Shown: positions 9,929 to 17,574 of the stretch, piece after piece
Numbering within the stretch: position 1 is the first letter of the stretch
How the letters are laid out: each line of letters begins with the position of its first letter
The notes under the pieces: generated by a model
Database searches by the model: none
What the model saw: the letters and a program-made list of their open reading frames with translations, nothing else
Told to the model about the DNA's origin: nothing
Assembly (NCBI GenBank): GCA_963815655.1
Contig: CAWFHK010000001.1
Span: 1,165,813-1,229,812, forward strand
Length of the DNA stretch: 64,000 nucleotides
Reading direction: 5' to 3'
Origin: an uncultured Acidobacteriota bacterium
GTDB taxonomy: Bacteria > Acidobacteriota > Thermoanaerobaculia > UBA5066 > Gp7-AA6
Position numbers and translations under genes: made by a program

Positions 9929-10396
9929 TCAGTCTTCGGGCTCTTTCCGGCGCCCCGGCATCCGGCCCGCGCGGCCGAGACTCACGCCCGCGGCGACCTC
10001 GAGGGGGAGTACCACGAGGTACCAGCCGATCACGAGGATCGGCAGCTCCGCCGGGAACCCGGCGGAGTGGCCGGCGGCGAGCCATCGGAGGACGCCCGCG
10101 AGCGCGATGTTGATCCCGGCGGCCGCGACCGAAAACCGCAGGCCGGCGGTGCGCGGACGTTCGATCCGGGGCCGCTCGGGGATCGGACGGTACCGGCCGG
10201 AAAACCACGCGCCCAGGAGGAAGACGAGGGCGAGCACGCAGGTCCCCACCGCGACCCGGATCTCGGAAGGAGCCAGCAGCTCCAACGTCGCCGTTTCGCC
10301 GAGCAGGAGCTCCATCCACGGGATCACGTTGGTCGCCGCCACGAGGGAGAGGAGCGCGACCCCCGTCCGGCGGTCGTACCGCCGACGCTCCTGCAA
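9929..10396 (-). CDS. Small polytopic membrane protein, function unknown.
   Basis: 155 aa with about 4 hydrophobic helices. Immediately downstream of, and co-oriented with, the two pilin-like genes. Confidence 0.45.
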   Translation of the reverse strand: MQERRRYDRRTGVALLSLVAATNVIPWMELLLGETATLELLAPSEIRVAVGTCVLALVFLLGAWFSGRYRPIPERPRIERPRTAGLRFSVAAAGINIALAGVLRWLAAGHSAGFPAELPILVIGWYLVVLPLEVAAGVSLGRAGRMPGRRKEPED

Positions 10397-11080
10397 TCAG
10401 TCCACCCACTTCCACGGAGGAGGCACGAAGTTGTTCTCTCCGGGATTGCCCCCCTCCGAAGGCGGCAGCCACTTGAGGATCGAGACGCGGCCGGTCGGCC
10501 CGAAATCGCCGACGCTCACCCGGAACGTGTTGGGTTCGACCGGAGCGCCCGTCCGGGGCTGGTCGGAGATGTAGACCCCGCGGCAGATGTCGTTGGGATT
10601 GCAGTTGATCGAACCGTAGGGAACCGCCGCCGTGTGGGCCGCGGGCCTCCTGGGCGGCCTGCTGTTGGCGGCCTGCGGTACGAGGAGGGTCCCGTCCGGG
10701 CGGAAGACGAGCCGGTCCACGATCTCCGGGTTGCCGCCGTAGGTGTCGAAGGCGACCGCGTCGGGGCCGTTGACCTCGTCGCCGTCGGGAGACTGAAAGA
10801 AGACGCCGGTCCGGAGCCGCAGATGCAGGACGCTGGGCTCACCCGGATCCTGCACGAAGTTGAGCGGATCGGCGTCGGTCCAGCCCACGAGGAGGCGCGT
10901 CGGCGGGTTGACCCACAGTACGATCCGTTCGTTGAGCCTCACGGCTTTCAGTCGCACCGCGAGGATCGTTGTGTAGACCTCCTGCACCGCCATCCGGAGC
11001 CGCTCGCGCCGCCAGAGCCTGTACAGGTACGGTCCGGCCAGCAGGCAGAAGATGCTCGCCACGGTGATGGCGACCATCAC
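10397..11080 (-). CDS. Pilin-like protein paralogue 1 (GspH/FimT-like fold). It lacks the canonical GFTxxE cleavage motif.
   Basis: GTG/ATG start. Hydrophobic N-terminus MVAITVASIFCLLAG. Shares RGVYISD, FRVSVGDFGPTG, ILKWLP and C-terminal FVPPPWKWVD with the upstream paralogue. Confidence 0.6.
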   Translation of the reverse strand: MMVAITVASIFCLLAGPYLYRLWRRERLRMAVQEVYTTILAVRLKAVRLNERIVLWVNPPTRLLVGWTDADPLNFVQDPGEPSVLHLRLRTGVFFQSPDGDEVNGPDAVAFDTYGGNPEIVDRLVFRPDGTLLVPQAANSRPPRRPAAHTAAVPYGSINCNPNDICRGVYISDQPRTGAPVEPNTFRVSVGDFGPTGRVSILKWLPPSEGGNPGENNFVPPPWKWVD

Positions 11081-11207
11081 CTCGACGACGCGGCGCGAAA
11101 GACGGCGCTCCGGCAGTTGAGCGGTTCTCCGACGAAAGCGAGAATAACGGGTCCGGGGTCCCCGCCATCATCTCAGGATTTCGCGAGCCGGTCGCGGCGA
11201 TTTCAGA

Positions 11208-11924
11208 TCAGTCGGACCACTTCCAGGGAGGAGGCACGAAGTCGGTTTCGCCCTTGTTTCCCCCCTGGTCGTCCGGAAGCCATTTCAGAAGCGAGGCGTG
11301 GCCCGAGGGGCCGAAGTCGTCGACGCTGATGCGGAAGATGTTCTGGTCTTCATCCCCGCCGGCCGCCTTGTCCGAAATGTAGATCCCGCGGCAGTTCTTC
11401 TTGCAGTCCACGGACCCTGGTGGCACTTTCGTCGTGTACGGGGTCGGCCGCTTGGGCTGCTGGCTCGACTTGTTCTCCGGTTGGAGCAGAGTTCCGTCGC
11501 CGCGGAACACGATCATGTCCACGAGTTTCTTCTTCCCCTCGTACGTGTCGAAGGCGACGGACTGGGCGCTGTTGGCGTCGTTTCCCAGCGCCCGGAAGGA
11601 TATGGACCCGGGGATGCTGTAGCTGTTGATCGTCGGCTCTTTGGCGTCCTGCTTGTAGTTGTAGGGCGTCCTGTCCGCCCAGCTCACGATGCGCCGATTG
11701 TCCAGGTCCACGAGCAGGATGACCTGGGAGTTTCTCTTGACCGCCTGCATGCGCGTCGCCAGGACGAGGGAATAGATCTCCTGGACCGAGCTGCGCAGCT
11801 TCGCGTGCCGCACCGCCCGCGCCATCTGGGGCATGGTCACAGACGAGATGATCGCCGCCAGTGCCAGAGCCACGGCCACTTCGATGGTTGTGAATCCCCG
11901 GTTTCCAGAGCGTGTTACGTGCAT
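11208..11924 (-). CDS. Type IV pilin-like pseudopilin paralogue 2 with a prepilin leader.
   Basis: MHVTRSGNRG|FTTIEVAVALALAAIISS is a classic prepilin peptidase site (G|FTxxE). C-terminal motifs RGIYISD, FRISVDDFGPSG, LLKWLP, FVPPPWKWSD. Confidence 0.7.
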   Translation of the reverse strand: MHVTRSGNRGFTTIEVAVALALAAIISSVTMPQMARAVRHAKLRSSVQEIYSLVLATRMQAVKRNSQVILLVDLDNRRIVSWADRTPYNYKQDAKEPTINSYSIPGSISFRALGNDANSAQSVAFDTYEGKKKLVDMIVFRGDGTLLQPENKSSQQPKRPTPYTTKVPPGSVDCKKNCRGIYISDKAAGGDEDQNIFRISVDDFGPSGHASLLKWLPDDQGGNKGETDFVPPPWKWSD

Positions 11925-12121
11925 GTCACTTCCTCTGTCTGTTCCCGTGTAGGAGCGAAGGCCATGCCGACCCTTGAAGGTCCGCCAAGCTTCGTGTGGT
12001 CAGCGAGTTACGTAGTTCCCGGGAATCCGGATCGCCACTGGATGGCAGTCGGCTCGGCCGCGCCGGCGCAAAAAACGGTACGCGCCCGAGCGACGGAGCG
12101 CGAGGCTATACTGATCCGGAC

Positions 12122-12709
12122 ATGGACGAAATCAAGATCACAGGCGAGCCCTCGACCGCGGGCGATCGGTGCAAGTTCACCGTGGATCGCCCGCTCGCGC
12201 CCGGCGAATCGGCGTTCTTCGCCAACCCCGACGACGCCCGCCTGTCGCCGCTCGCGGCCGACCTGCTGGCGCTTCCGGGCATCGCGTCCGTCCTGATCGC
12301 CGACAACACCGTGACGGTGGATGCCGCTCACTCCGTGGACTGGCCCGCCCTCGGGATCGGCCACGTCATCCGCAAGCACATCCGCGGCGGAGCGCCGATC
12401 GTCTCGCCCGGCTACTTCGAGAGCCTCCCCTCGGAGGGAGATCTCAAGTGGGCCATCGGCGACCTCCTCGACCGGGAGATCAACCCAGCCGTAGCGGCGC
12501 ATGGAGGGTTCGTCGAGCTGATCGACGTCCGGAAGAACAACGTCTACATCCGGCTGGGCGGCGGTTGCCAGGGGTGCGGCGCCGCCGACGTGACCCTGAA
12601 GATGGGAATCGAGAAGGCGATCCGCGATCTGGTCCCCCGCGTGGGAGAGATCCTCGACACGACCGATCACGCCGCGGGTCGGAATCCGTACTATTCGCCG
12701 GCGAAGTAG
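12122..12709 (+). CDS. Nfu/NifU-like Fe-S cluster assembly protein.
   Basis: C-terminal NifU domain HGGFVELIDV...VYIRLGGGCQGCGAADVTLKMGIE (CxxC motif). ATG at 12122 (MDEIKITGEP). Confidence 0.8.
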   Translation: MDEIKITGEPSTAGDRCKFTVDRPLAPGESAFFANPDDARLSPLAADLLALPGIASVLIADNTVTVDAAHSVDWPALGIGHVIRKHIRGGAPIVSPGYFESLPSEGDLKWAIGDLLDREINPAVAAHGGFVELIDVRKNNVYIRLGGGCQGCGAADVTLKMGIEKAIRDLVPRVGEILDTTDHAAGRNPYYSPAK

Positions 12710-12715
12710 GGCGGG

Positions 12716-12780
12716 GACAGGTCTCAGGGAACAGGTGTCGGGGGAAATGCAGGTGTCAGGTGCCAGGTTGGCTCAGGTCC
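12716..12780. repeat. Tandem CAGGTGTC-like repeat in the convergent gap.
   Basis: acaggtctcagggaacaggtgtcgggggaaatgcaggtgtcaggtgccaggttggctcaggtcc lies between the Nfu and ATP-grasp stops. Confidence 0.55.
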
Positions 12781-12788
12781 GGTCCCTA

Positions 12789-14039
12789 TTACCTGACGCC
12801 TGCGTGGTCTCGTATTCGGAACTCGAGACATCGGTGCGCTTCTCGTAGGGCCGCCTCCGCGCGCTCGGGCGTGGCGGCGCGGCTGAAGATGAAGCCCAGG
12901 TAGCGGGATCCCTCCGGAAGCGGTACGAGCCTCTGCCCGAGGTGGATCGAGATCGTGACGTTCTCGATGTCCGGCACGGCCCGGGCCTCCTCGAGACCCC
13001 GGACCTCCTCGAGGATCCCGGCTCTCGGGATCGGGATCATCATGACGCCCGCGGCCCGGCGCTCCCGCTCCGGCTCCGGCATCTCCATCCGCAGCGCGTG
13101 GCGCAGGATCAGCTCTTCGAGCGACATGCCCGTCCCGAACCGGAGCGTGCGCGAGCAAAGCCCTCCGATCGACCGCGCCGCGATCTCGATCAACCACGGC
13201 CCGGCCCCGTTGACGCGCAGCTCCGCGTGGACCGGCCCGTCGCGAAGCCCGAGCGCCAGCGCTCCCTGCGCGGCGACCCGGGCGATCCGCGACTGCGTCT
13301 GGCCAGGCAGCCGCGACGGCGTGACGTAGATCGTCTCCTCGAAGAAAGGCCCGTCGAGCGGGTCCGGCTTGTCGAAGAGCGCCAGGACCTTGAGCTCCCC
13401 GTCCCGCAACAGGCCTTCCAGTGCGACCTCGCTTCCCGGGATGAAGTCCTCGACCAGGATCTCGCGGGCCGCGTCGCTCCCCTTCGCCTTGACCTCGGGA
13501 TCGTCCAGGATCCTTTCGATTCTCCTCCAGGCCGCGACGAACTCTGAGGCGTCGTCGGCCCGGATCACCCCGCGGCTCGCCGCCAGGAACGTTGGCTTGA
13601 GGACGCACGGAAATCGAGCCCGTTTCGACGCGCCGTGCGGGTCCTCGCCGCGGTCAAACACGTGGTGGCCCGGCGACGGCACGGCCGCCTCCGCCAGAAG
13701 CCTCCGCATCGTCGGCTTGTGCCGGGCGGCGACCACGGCTTGAACCGGGCTGTGCGCCAGGCCAAGCGCCTCCGAGATGGCGGCCGCGACGACCACCGTG
13801 TCCTCATCCACTCCGACGACCGCCGCGAACGGGTTCCTGCCGGCGAACTCGGCCGCCCGCCGTGCCGAATCCGCCGGATCCCGAAAATCCAGCGTCAGCA
13901 GCCCCTCCGGATTCAACCCCTCAAGCGTGCTCGCCCTTTCCGAAGCAACCGTGACCTCTGCCCCGACCCGCCGAGCCGCCGCCAGAAAATCCGGAGTCCG
14001 GTAAGTCGTTGTGGGCAGAAGCATTAGAAGGCGCGCCAC
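12789..14039 (-). CDS. ATP-grasp domain enzyme (carboxylate-amine ligase type), substrate unknown.
   Basis: 416 aa with ATP-grasp features (FPCVLKPTFLAASRGV, EDFIPGSEVALEGLL, glycine-rich loops). Confidence 0.65.
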   Translation of the reverse strand: MARLLMLLPTTTYRTPDFLAAARRVGAEVTVASERASTLEGLNPEGLLTLDFRDPADSARRAAEFAGRNPFAAVVGVDEDTVVVAAAISEALGLAHSPVQAVVAARHKPTMRRLLAEAAVPSPGHHVFDRGEDPHGASKRARFPCVLKPTFLAASRGVIRADDASEFVAAWRRIERILDDPEVKAKGSDAAREILVEDFIPGSEVALEGLLRDGELKVLALFDKPDPLDGPFFEETIYVTPSRLPGQTQSRIARVAAQGALALGLRDGPVHAELRVNGAGPWLIEIAARSIGGLCSRTLRFGTGMSLEELILRHALRMEMPEPERERRAAGVMMIPIPRAGILEEVRGLEEARAVPDIENVTISIHLGQRLVPLPEGSRYLGFIFSRAATPERAEAALREAHRCLEFRIRDHAGVR

Positions 14040-14104
14040 GCCGACATCTTAATCGCCGAGGCATACCTAGGCTATCGAACAGCCCTCGGCGTTCCGAACC
14101 CACC

Positions 14105-15595
14105 CTATCGAGGCGCCTTTTCGACGTAACGATGAAGATCGCGCAACGCCTCGCGATTGATTTCTTGCTGGCGCAGTGATTGGCGAAGGAGCGATAGCGC
14201 AGCAATCCCTTCTGGCACCATATTCAACTCGTCAATAATCGGCAGCGCTCCGAGAAGTTCGTGGGTCGCCTCTCGGTCCAAGCCTCTTTCAAGATAAATG
14301 TCAGCCACGACCAAGCTCAAGGCTGCCACGTCGGCTCGCATCCCAAGGTCGGCAAGCGCCGTTTGAGCCAGTTGGAATGCCTCGGTAGCGGAAGCCAGGT
14401 CATTTTGCCCTCTCATTAGAATCCCAACCCCCCACTGGACCTTCGCCATGCCAATCCGGTCGCCGACCTCTGACAGGAGGACGATCGCTTTTCTGGAGGC
14501 CTGAAACGCCTTGTCACAATTACCCAGGGCAGCGTACGGTTGGACCAAGTTGGTGTGTCCCAAAGCAAGGAGTCTTACGTTTCCTTGTCTTTCGGCTTCT
14601 CTGCAGATTCCCTCGAAAGCGTCGATGGCTTCTTGGTAGCGACCTATCTCGACGAGAGCCGAACCGTGCAGAAAGCCGCATCTTAAGGCCTCGTCCATCA
14701 TCAACAGCTCCTGGAAGGCCCCAATCAGCGCCGGCACTTCGCGAAGAACTACGTCGGCCTGTCGCTTCTCCAAAGTAACCGCGAGTCGCTGATAGGCCAC
14801 GCGGTACATCTCTGCAGTCGAGTTCATCGTCTGGGCAAATGCGGCTTCCGAGCGCAAGAACCAGTCGCCCGCATCGTCCCAGCGTGAGATGTGGCGACAA
14901 GCTGTCCCGGCGATGAGTGCGAGTTCTCCCAGGAAAAACATCCCTTCATCAAACCAACCAATCTCTCCTGCCCGTGTCTGAAGCAGCGAGTAGAAGTACC
15001 CGGCCTCTCGATGCACGCTGGCAGGCACGGCATCGAGCCTGCAACGCAATTGGTTACAAAGGCAAATCAAGAGCTCCACTCTCTCGAGCTCCGTGAACCA
15101 ATCGGGCCCTCCTTGCGAGGGAGACCTGGCTAGAAGTTCGTCCAGCTCGACAACACCAGGGAACGGATATCCGCCGAGGTTGTTCAGTTCTCTCATCCAT
15201 TCGGCTGCTACGCCGGGCTTGCCACCGATGCGGGCGCTACGCCATCCAGCGAGCGAGCAGTTGAAAAGCAATTCTGCCCGCTCATCAAAGTCCGGTTCCC
15301 GCCAGTCCGCCTGCGAGATCGCTGCGTGAAGGACTTTCGCGTCTCCCGGCGAACTGTGGCTCGTGCTTCCTGGCCGAGGTCCGATCAGGTGACAGGCGGC
15401 GTGGAGGACATCGATCGAGGGCTCTTCCAGTGTCCCGATACCTGACAAAGCTTCCCCGGAGCGCAACCGCGCCAAGAGCTCCCTTCCTCGACGCAATGCC
15501 TCCTTGGTTGAGATCCCCGTGTCAATAGCGCCGATGTCGCTCTTCGCTACCCAGCCCGCGGTCAGCCGAATGAGGCTGCCATGGTCAAGAGTCAT
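14105..15595 (-). CDS. Sigma-70 region-4-like HTH fused to a large TPR-like domain.
   Basis: N-terminus LTAGWVAKSDIGAIDTGISTKEALRRGRELLARL resembles the sigma-4 HTH. The rest is helical-repeat. The ATGA start overlaps the stop of the upstream sigma-2 ORF. Confidence 0.55.
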   Translation of the reverse strand: MTLDHGSLIRLTAGWVAKSDIGAIDTGISTKEALRRGRELLARLRSGEALSGIGTLEEPSIDVLHAACHLIGPRPGSTSHSSPGDAKVLHAAISQADWREPDFDERAELLFNCSLAGWRSARIGGKPGVAAEWMRELNNLGGYPFPGVVELDELLARSPSQGGPDWFTELERVELLICLCNQLRCRLDAVPASVHREAGYFYSLLQTRAGEIGWFDEGMFFLGELALIAGTACRHISRWDDAGDWFLRSEAAFAQTMNSTAEMYRVAYQRLAVTLEKRQADVVLREVPALIGAFQELLMMDEALRCGFLHGSALVEIGRYQEAIDAFEGICREAERQGNVRLLALGHTNLVQPYAALGNCDKAFQASRKAIVLLSEVGDRIGMAKVQWGVGILMRGQNDLASATEAFQLAQTALADLGMRADVAALSLVVADIYLERGLDREATHELLGALPIIDELNMVPEGIAALSLLRQSLRQQEINREALRDLHRYVEKAPR

Positions 15596-15978
15596 GGCTC
15601 TCCTCCTTCCGAAGGCACCGCGTCAATCTGTTCCTCGCCGAGAACACTCGAGTCAGGCCTCTCCCGACCAGGCCCCCATTCCTCCATCAGCCGCGAACGG
15701 CGGATTGCTTTTCGCCTCCAGTTTGCCGCCAGACGGTCGACGACGCCGTAGATCCAGGCGCGAGGATTTCCGTCGACGTTCAGCTTCACCAGCGCCAGCA
15801 AGAACGCGTCGTGGACGACCTCCCGGGCATCCTCCTTGGAGAGCCCGTATCGCCAGCAGGCCCGGCGGACAAGACGGACAAAGAATGCCCGGTAGAGATC
15901 CTCTAACACAGGCGCAACGGCTTGCCCAGGCTGCCGCACCGCACGCCCTGGCGTCGGCCGCCCAGTCGCAGCTGTCAC
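15592..15978 (-). CDS. ECF sigma-factor region-2-only ORF (split sigma factor?).
   Basis: LEDLYRAFFVRLVRRACWRYGLSKEDAREVVHDAFLLALVKL ... ANWRRKAIRR matches sigma-70 regions 2.1/2.2. There is no region 4 in this ORF. Confidence 0.5.
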   Translation of the reverse strand: MTAATGRPTPGRAVRQPGQAVAPVLEDLYRAFFVRLVRRACWRYGLSKEDAREVVHDAFLLALVKLNVDGNPRAWIYGVVDRLAANWRRKAIRRSRLMEEWGPGRERPDSSVLGEEQIDAVPSEGGEP

Positions 15979-16089
15979 CCGAACTCTTGTCTCAGATCCA
16001 CACTGGAGTTCCTCTAGACGAACATATTGTCACGAGCGATAAGCCGCTCATGAACAGACAGTTAGAGGATTGAAGGGCTGGAAGGAGGC

Positions 16090-17196
16090 CTACGGCTTGA
16101 GGTCTTCGAAGTATCCGTGCAGATCGCGAAGTGCTTGGCGATTGACCTTCCGCAGGCGCACGGATTCGCGGAGGAGAGAAAGGGCGGCTATGCCCTCTGG
16201 GACCATCTCCTCCTCTTCGATAATCGGCAGCGCCGCCAGAATGTGGATCCTGGCTCTTGCCTCTTTTCCGGTCTCAAGGAGCAGGTCGGCGATGATTAAT
16301 CGGACCGCCGCAACATCGGATCGCATACCAATGTCTCGAAACTCTTCGAGCGCCGCTTGATACGCTTCGATCGCGGCACGAACCTCTCCTTGGCCTCGCA
16401 GGACGGAGCCGATACCCCACTGGAGTTTGGCAATGCCAACACGATTGTTCAGCCGACGGAAAATCGCGAGCGTTTCGATTGCCTGCGTCAGGGCTTGGCG
16501 CGACTCGCCAAGCAGTCCGTGGATTTGGATAAGGTTATTTGAAGCGATCGCGAGCAGCTTCTCATTCTTGTCGAGCCGCGCCTGTTTACAGATCGCGCGA
16601 AACAGCTCAGCAGCCTCGGTGAGTTGGTCGGTATTGATCAGCGCCACGCCCTCGAGGCAACGGCACTTAAGAGCATCCTCCGACATGCTCAGCTTTTCAA
16701 AGTTCGCCGTGAGAGATGGGGCCAGTTCAAGAACCTCTTGGAACTCCCGCTCCTCTACCTTGAGTGCGAGCCGCTGATAGGTCACCCTCGACCACTCGGC
16801 GACCGCATCAACCGTGTGCCGAAAGGCCGCTTCTGCTCGATCAAACCATCGCCTTGCCTCTTCCCTTTTGAAAAGCATCCGGCAGGCGGCACCCGCCAAG
16901 AGGGCGGATTCACCCAAGAAGTACTCTCGCTCGTCAAACAGACCTATTCGACGCTCGGGTCTGACCAGGAAGTTGTACAGAAACTCGGCCTCGTCGTGCA
17001 CCATCAGGGGGCAACTTTCACCCTGCTCTCTCAAGACGGAACAGACGGAAAGGAGCGTCTCCGGCTCCTCAAGCCTGAGGTCTGACGCTCTCGCGGCACG
17101 GTCAGCCATCGGCGTGTTGAACACCCTCGAAGCCACGGCGCGATTCTCCGGCGAGTACATCGAAGAATGACGAAAATGAAGGACTCGTCCTGTCAT
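16090..17196 (-). CDS. TPR-like protein, paralogue of the C-terminal domain of the 14105-15595 product.
   Basis: C-terminus MVPEGIAALSLLRESVRLRKVNRQALRDLHGYFEDLKP versus MVPEGIAALSLLRQSLRQQEINREALRDLHRYVEKAP. No HTH. Confidence 0.55.
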   Translation of the reverse strand: MTGRVLHFRHSSMYSPENRAVASRVFNTPMADRAARASDLRLEEPETLLSVCSVLREQGESCPLMVHDEAEFLYNFLVRPERRIGLFDEREYFLGESALLAGAACRMLFKREEARRWFDRAEAAFRHTVDAVAEWSRVTYQRLALKVEEREFQEVLELAPSLTANFEKLSMSEDALKCRCLEGVALINTDQLTEAAELFRAICKQARLDKNEKLLAIASNNLIQIHGLLGESRQALTQAIETLAIFRRLNNRVGIAKLQWGIGSVLRGQGEVRAAIEAYQAALEEFRDIGMRSDVAAVRLIIADLLLETGKEARARIHILAALPIIEEEEMVPEGIAALSLLRESVRLRKVNRQALRDLHGYFEDLKP

Positions 17197-17412
17197 TTTC
17201 GGACCTTATTTCTGTACATCAGAATGCGATCACGAGGTTGCAAGACCCTACTCCTAGTCTAGAAGGGCACCTGTCCGATGACCTTGATGACAAACTTCGC
17301 GGGCTTCTTGGCTGGGTGTGGCCAATTTGGGCGGGGAGATGAATTCCGTTCGGGTTGGCGGTCCGGAGATCGGACGGGGAGTTGGGACGCGGCCATGGGG
17401 GAGCTCCTTTCG

Positions 17413-17449
17413 CAAAAAAAAAGCTCGGGTACCCCGAGCAAAAGAAAAA
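17413..17449. terminator. A-tract / hairpin / A-tract element. On the minus strand it reads as hairpin + U9.
   Basis: gcaaaaaaaaagctcgggtaccccgagcaaaagaaaaa. The stem is gctcggg/cccgagc. Confidence 0.5.
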
Positions 17450-17574
17450 CTGAGAACATTCTGGGCGTTCTGCGGGGAAAGTCAAGATGTCTTTGAACCG
17501 GCTTCGGAGCGAGCCTCCGACGGCCCCTGCGGGTGGGTAGAATGGCGGTTCCGACTCAACCGAGAGGAGAATTC

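Noticed and set aside
9929-10396. 155-aa membrane protein as a TadV/CpaA-type prepilin peptidase.
   Set aside because: Size fits, but I could not find the two conserved membrane Asp residues or a G-x-G-D-x-K motif. Left as unknown.
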